From an uncultured bacterium (GTDB lineage: Bacteria > Krumholzibacteriota > Krumholzibacteriia > JACNKJ01), in the NCBI GenBank assembly GCA_963695095.1, contig CAVOFT010000001.1, positions 1,056,001 to 1,120,000 on the forward strand: 64,000 nt of DNA, read 5' to 3'. How positions within the stretch are numbered: the stretch's first letter is position 1; the number at the start of each line of letters is the position of its first letter. Shown here in pieces: positions 62,854 through 64,000 of this stretch. The notes beneath the pieces were generated by a model. That model was not told the DNA's origin and did not search any database. It saw only the letters and a program-made list of their open reading frames with translations. The position numbers and the translations under genes are program-made.

Positions 62854-64000
62854 GTGAGTTTCGCCGAATTCGAGCTCGATGCCCGGCTGGCGCGGGCCGT
62901 GGAAGAACTGGGCTTCATTGCGCCCACCCCCGTGCAGGAGAAGGCCATTCCCCCGGCCCTGGCGGGCCGGGATCTGATCGGCCTCGCCCAGACGGGCACC
63001 GGCAAGTCGGCCGCCTTCATCCTGCCCATCCTCCAGCGGCTGCTGGGGCGGGAGCGGGGCCACACGCGCGCGCTGATCGTGGCGCCGACGCGCGAACTCA
63101 CCGAGCAGCTCAGCGAGCACGTCGCGGCCCTCGGCGTCCACACGGACCTGCGCTGCGCCACCGTCTACGGCGGCGTCAAGTACAAGGCCCAGATCGACGC
63201 CCTGCACAAGGGCGTGGAGGTGGTCGTCGCCACGCCGGGCCGCCTGCTCGATCTCATCGAGCGCGGCAGCGCCAAGCTCGGCGAGCTGGACGTGTTCGTG
63301 CTCGACGAGGCGGACCGCATGCTGGACATGGGCTTCCTGCCCGACATCAAGCGCATCCTGCGCAAGTTGCCCCGCGGCCGCCAGACGATGATGTTCTCGG
63401 CCACGATGCCCTACGACATCCGCCGCCTCTGCACGGAGATCATGCAGGACCCGGTGACCATCGAGATCGGGCTGCGCGCTCCGGTGGAGACGGTGAGCCA
63501 CGCGCTCTACGCCGTGGCGCCCGCGCACAAGAACGCCCTCCTGCTGGCGATCCTGCGCCAGACGGACACCGAGTCCGTGCTCGTCTTCACGCAGATGAAG
63601 AGCGCGGCCCGGGCCGTCTACCTCGCGCTCCGCAAGGAGAAGTTCAAGGTGGCGGTGATCGAGGGCGACATGCCCCAGGGCGAGCGGCAGGAGGCGCTGG
63701 ACGGCTTCCGCGCCGGCAAGACGCAGGTTCTCGTCGCCACGGACATCGCCGCCCGCGGGCTGGACATCTCGCAGGTCTCGCACGTGATCAACTTCGACAT
63801 GCCGGAGTCGGTGGACGACTACACGCATCGCATCGGCCGCACGGGGCGGGCGCTGCACACGGGCGACGCCTTCACCTTCGTCACCCACGAGGACCTGGAG
63901 ATGGTGGTGCGCATCGAGAAGGTGCTGGGCATGTCCCTCGAGTACAAGCACGTGACGGGCCTGCCCTTCCCGCCGCCACCCTGGGATCCCCTCGGCCGGC
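62854..64000 (+). CDS. DEAD-box RNA helicase (RhlE-like), 3' truncated
   Basis: GTG start; PTPVQ, AQTGTGKS, PTREL, TPGR, DEAD, SAT, ARGLD, HRIGRTGR read from the DNA; absent from the ORF track because it has no stop in the window. Confidence 0.95.
   Translation, partial: MSFAEFELDARLARAVEELGFIAPTPVQEKAIPPALAGRDLIGLAQTGTGKSAAFILPILQRLLGRERGHTRALIVAPTRELTEQLSEHVAALGVHTDLRCATVYGGVKYKAQIDALHKGVEVVVATPGRLLDLIERGSAKLGELDVFVLDEADRMLDMGFLPDIKRILRKLPRGRQTMMFSATMPYDIRRLCTEIMQDPVTIEIGLRAPVETVSHALYAVAPAHKNALLLAILRQTDTESVLVFTQMKSAARAVYLALRKEKFKVAVIEGDMPQGERQEALDGFRAGKTQVLVATDIAARGLDISQVSHVINFDMPESVDDYTHRIGRTGRALHTGDAFTFVTHEDLEMVVRIEKVLGMSLEYKHVTGLPFPPPPWDPLGR

Overview
This is a 64-kb window from a very GC-rich (~70% by eye) bacterium. 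It is probably an FCB-group lineage such as Latescibacterota, Krumholzibacteriota or Eisenbacteria; that is inferred from six secreted proteins ending in a FlgD-Ig/T9SS-like C-terminal domain and two ending in a short 'W-G/S-x-I/V-K-x-x-Y' tail. About 55 genes are present: a thiol-redox operon, ino1, HU, pcm/msrB, a pentaheme cytochrome next to a Cyc2-like cytochrome-porin, cysteine/cystathionine enzymes with MoeB, tyrA, a SatD/SatE-like pair, the leucine catabolism (liu) operon, secreted peptidases (M1, S1, S8, M23), DMT transporters, TMEM175 and a DEAD-box helicase. Six genes are broken by small indels, most likely long-read assembly errors. No rRNA, tRNA or CRISPR array was seen. Main observations: (1) Two paralogous DUF222-like HNH endonuclease genes each carry their own CACGTG-centred palindrome in frame at the homologous position (TTGTCACGTGACAA vs TGTACACGTGTACA). 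Both have near-perfect sigma70 promoters, and both palindromes recur as orphan intergenic copies, some as a ~65-nt bipartite element. This is a candidate HNH-associated REP-like repeat system. (2) A DUF1573 protein has an in-frame UGA at a Cys-equivalent position followed by a SECIS-like hairpin, making it a selenoprotein candidate. (3) A Cyc2-like porin-cytochrome is paired with a pentaheme cytochrome. (4) Four palindromic operator-like units lie upstream of satD.
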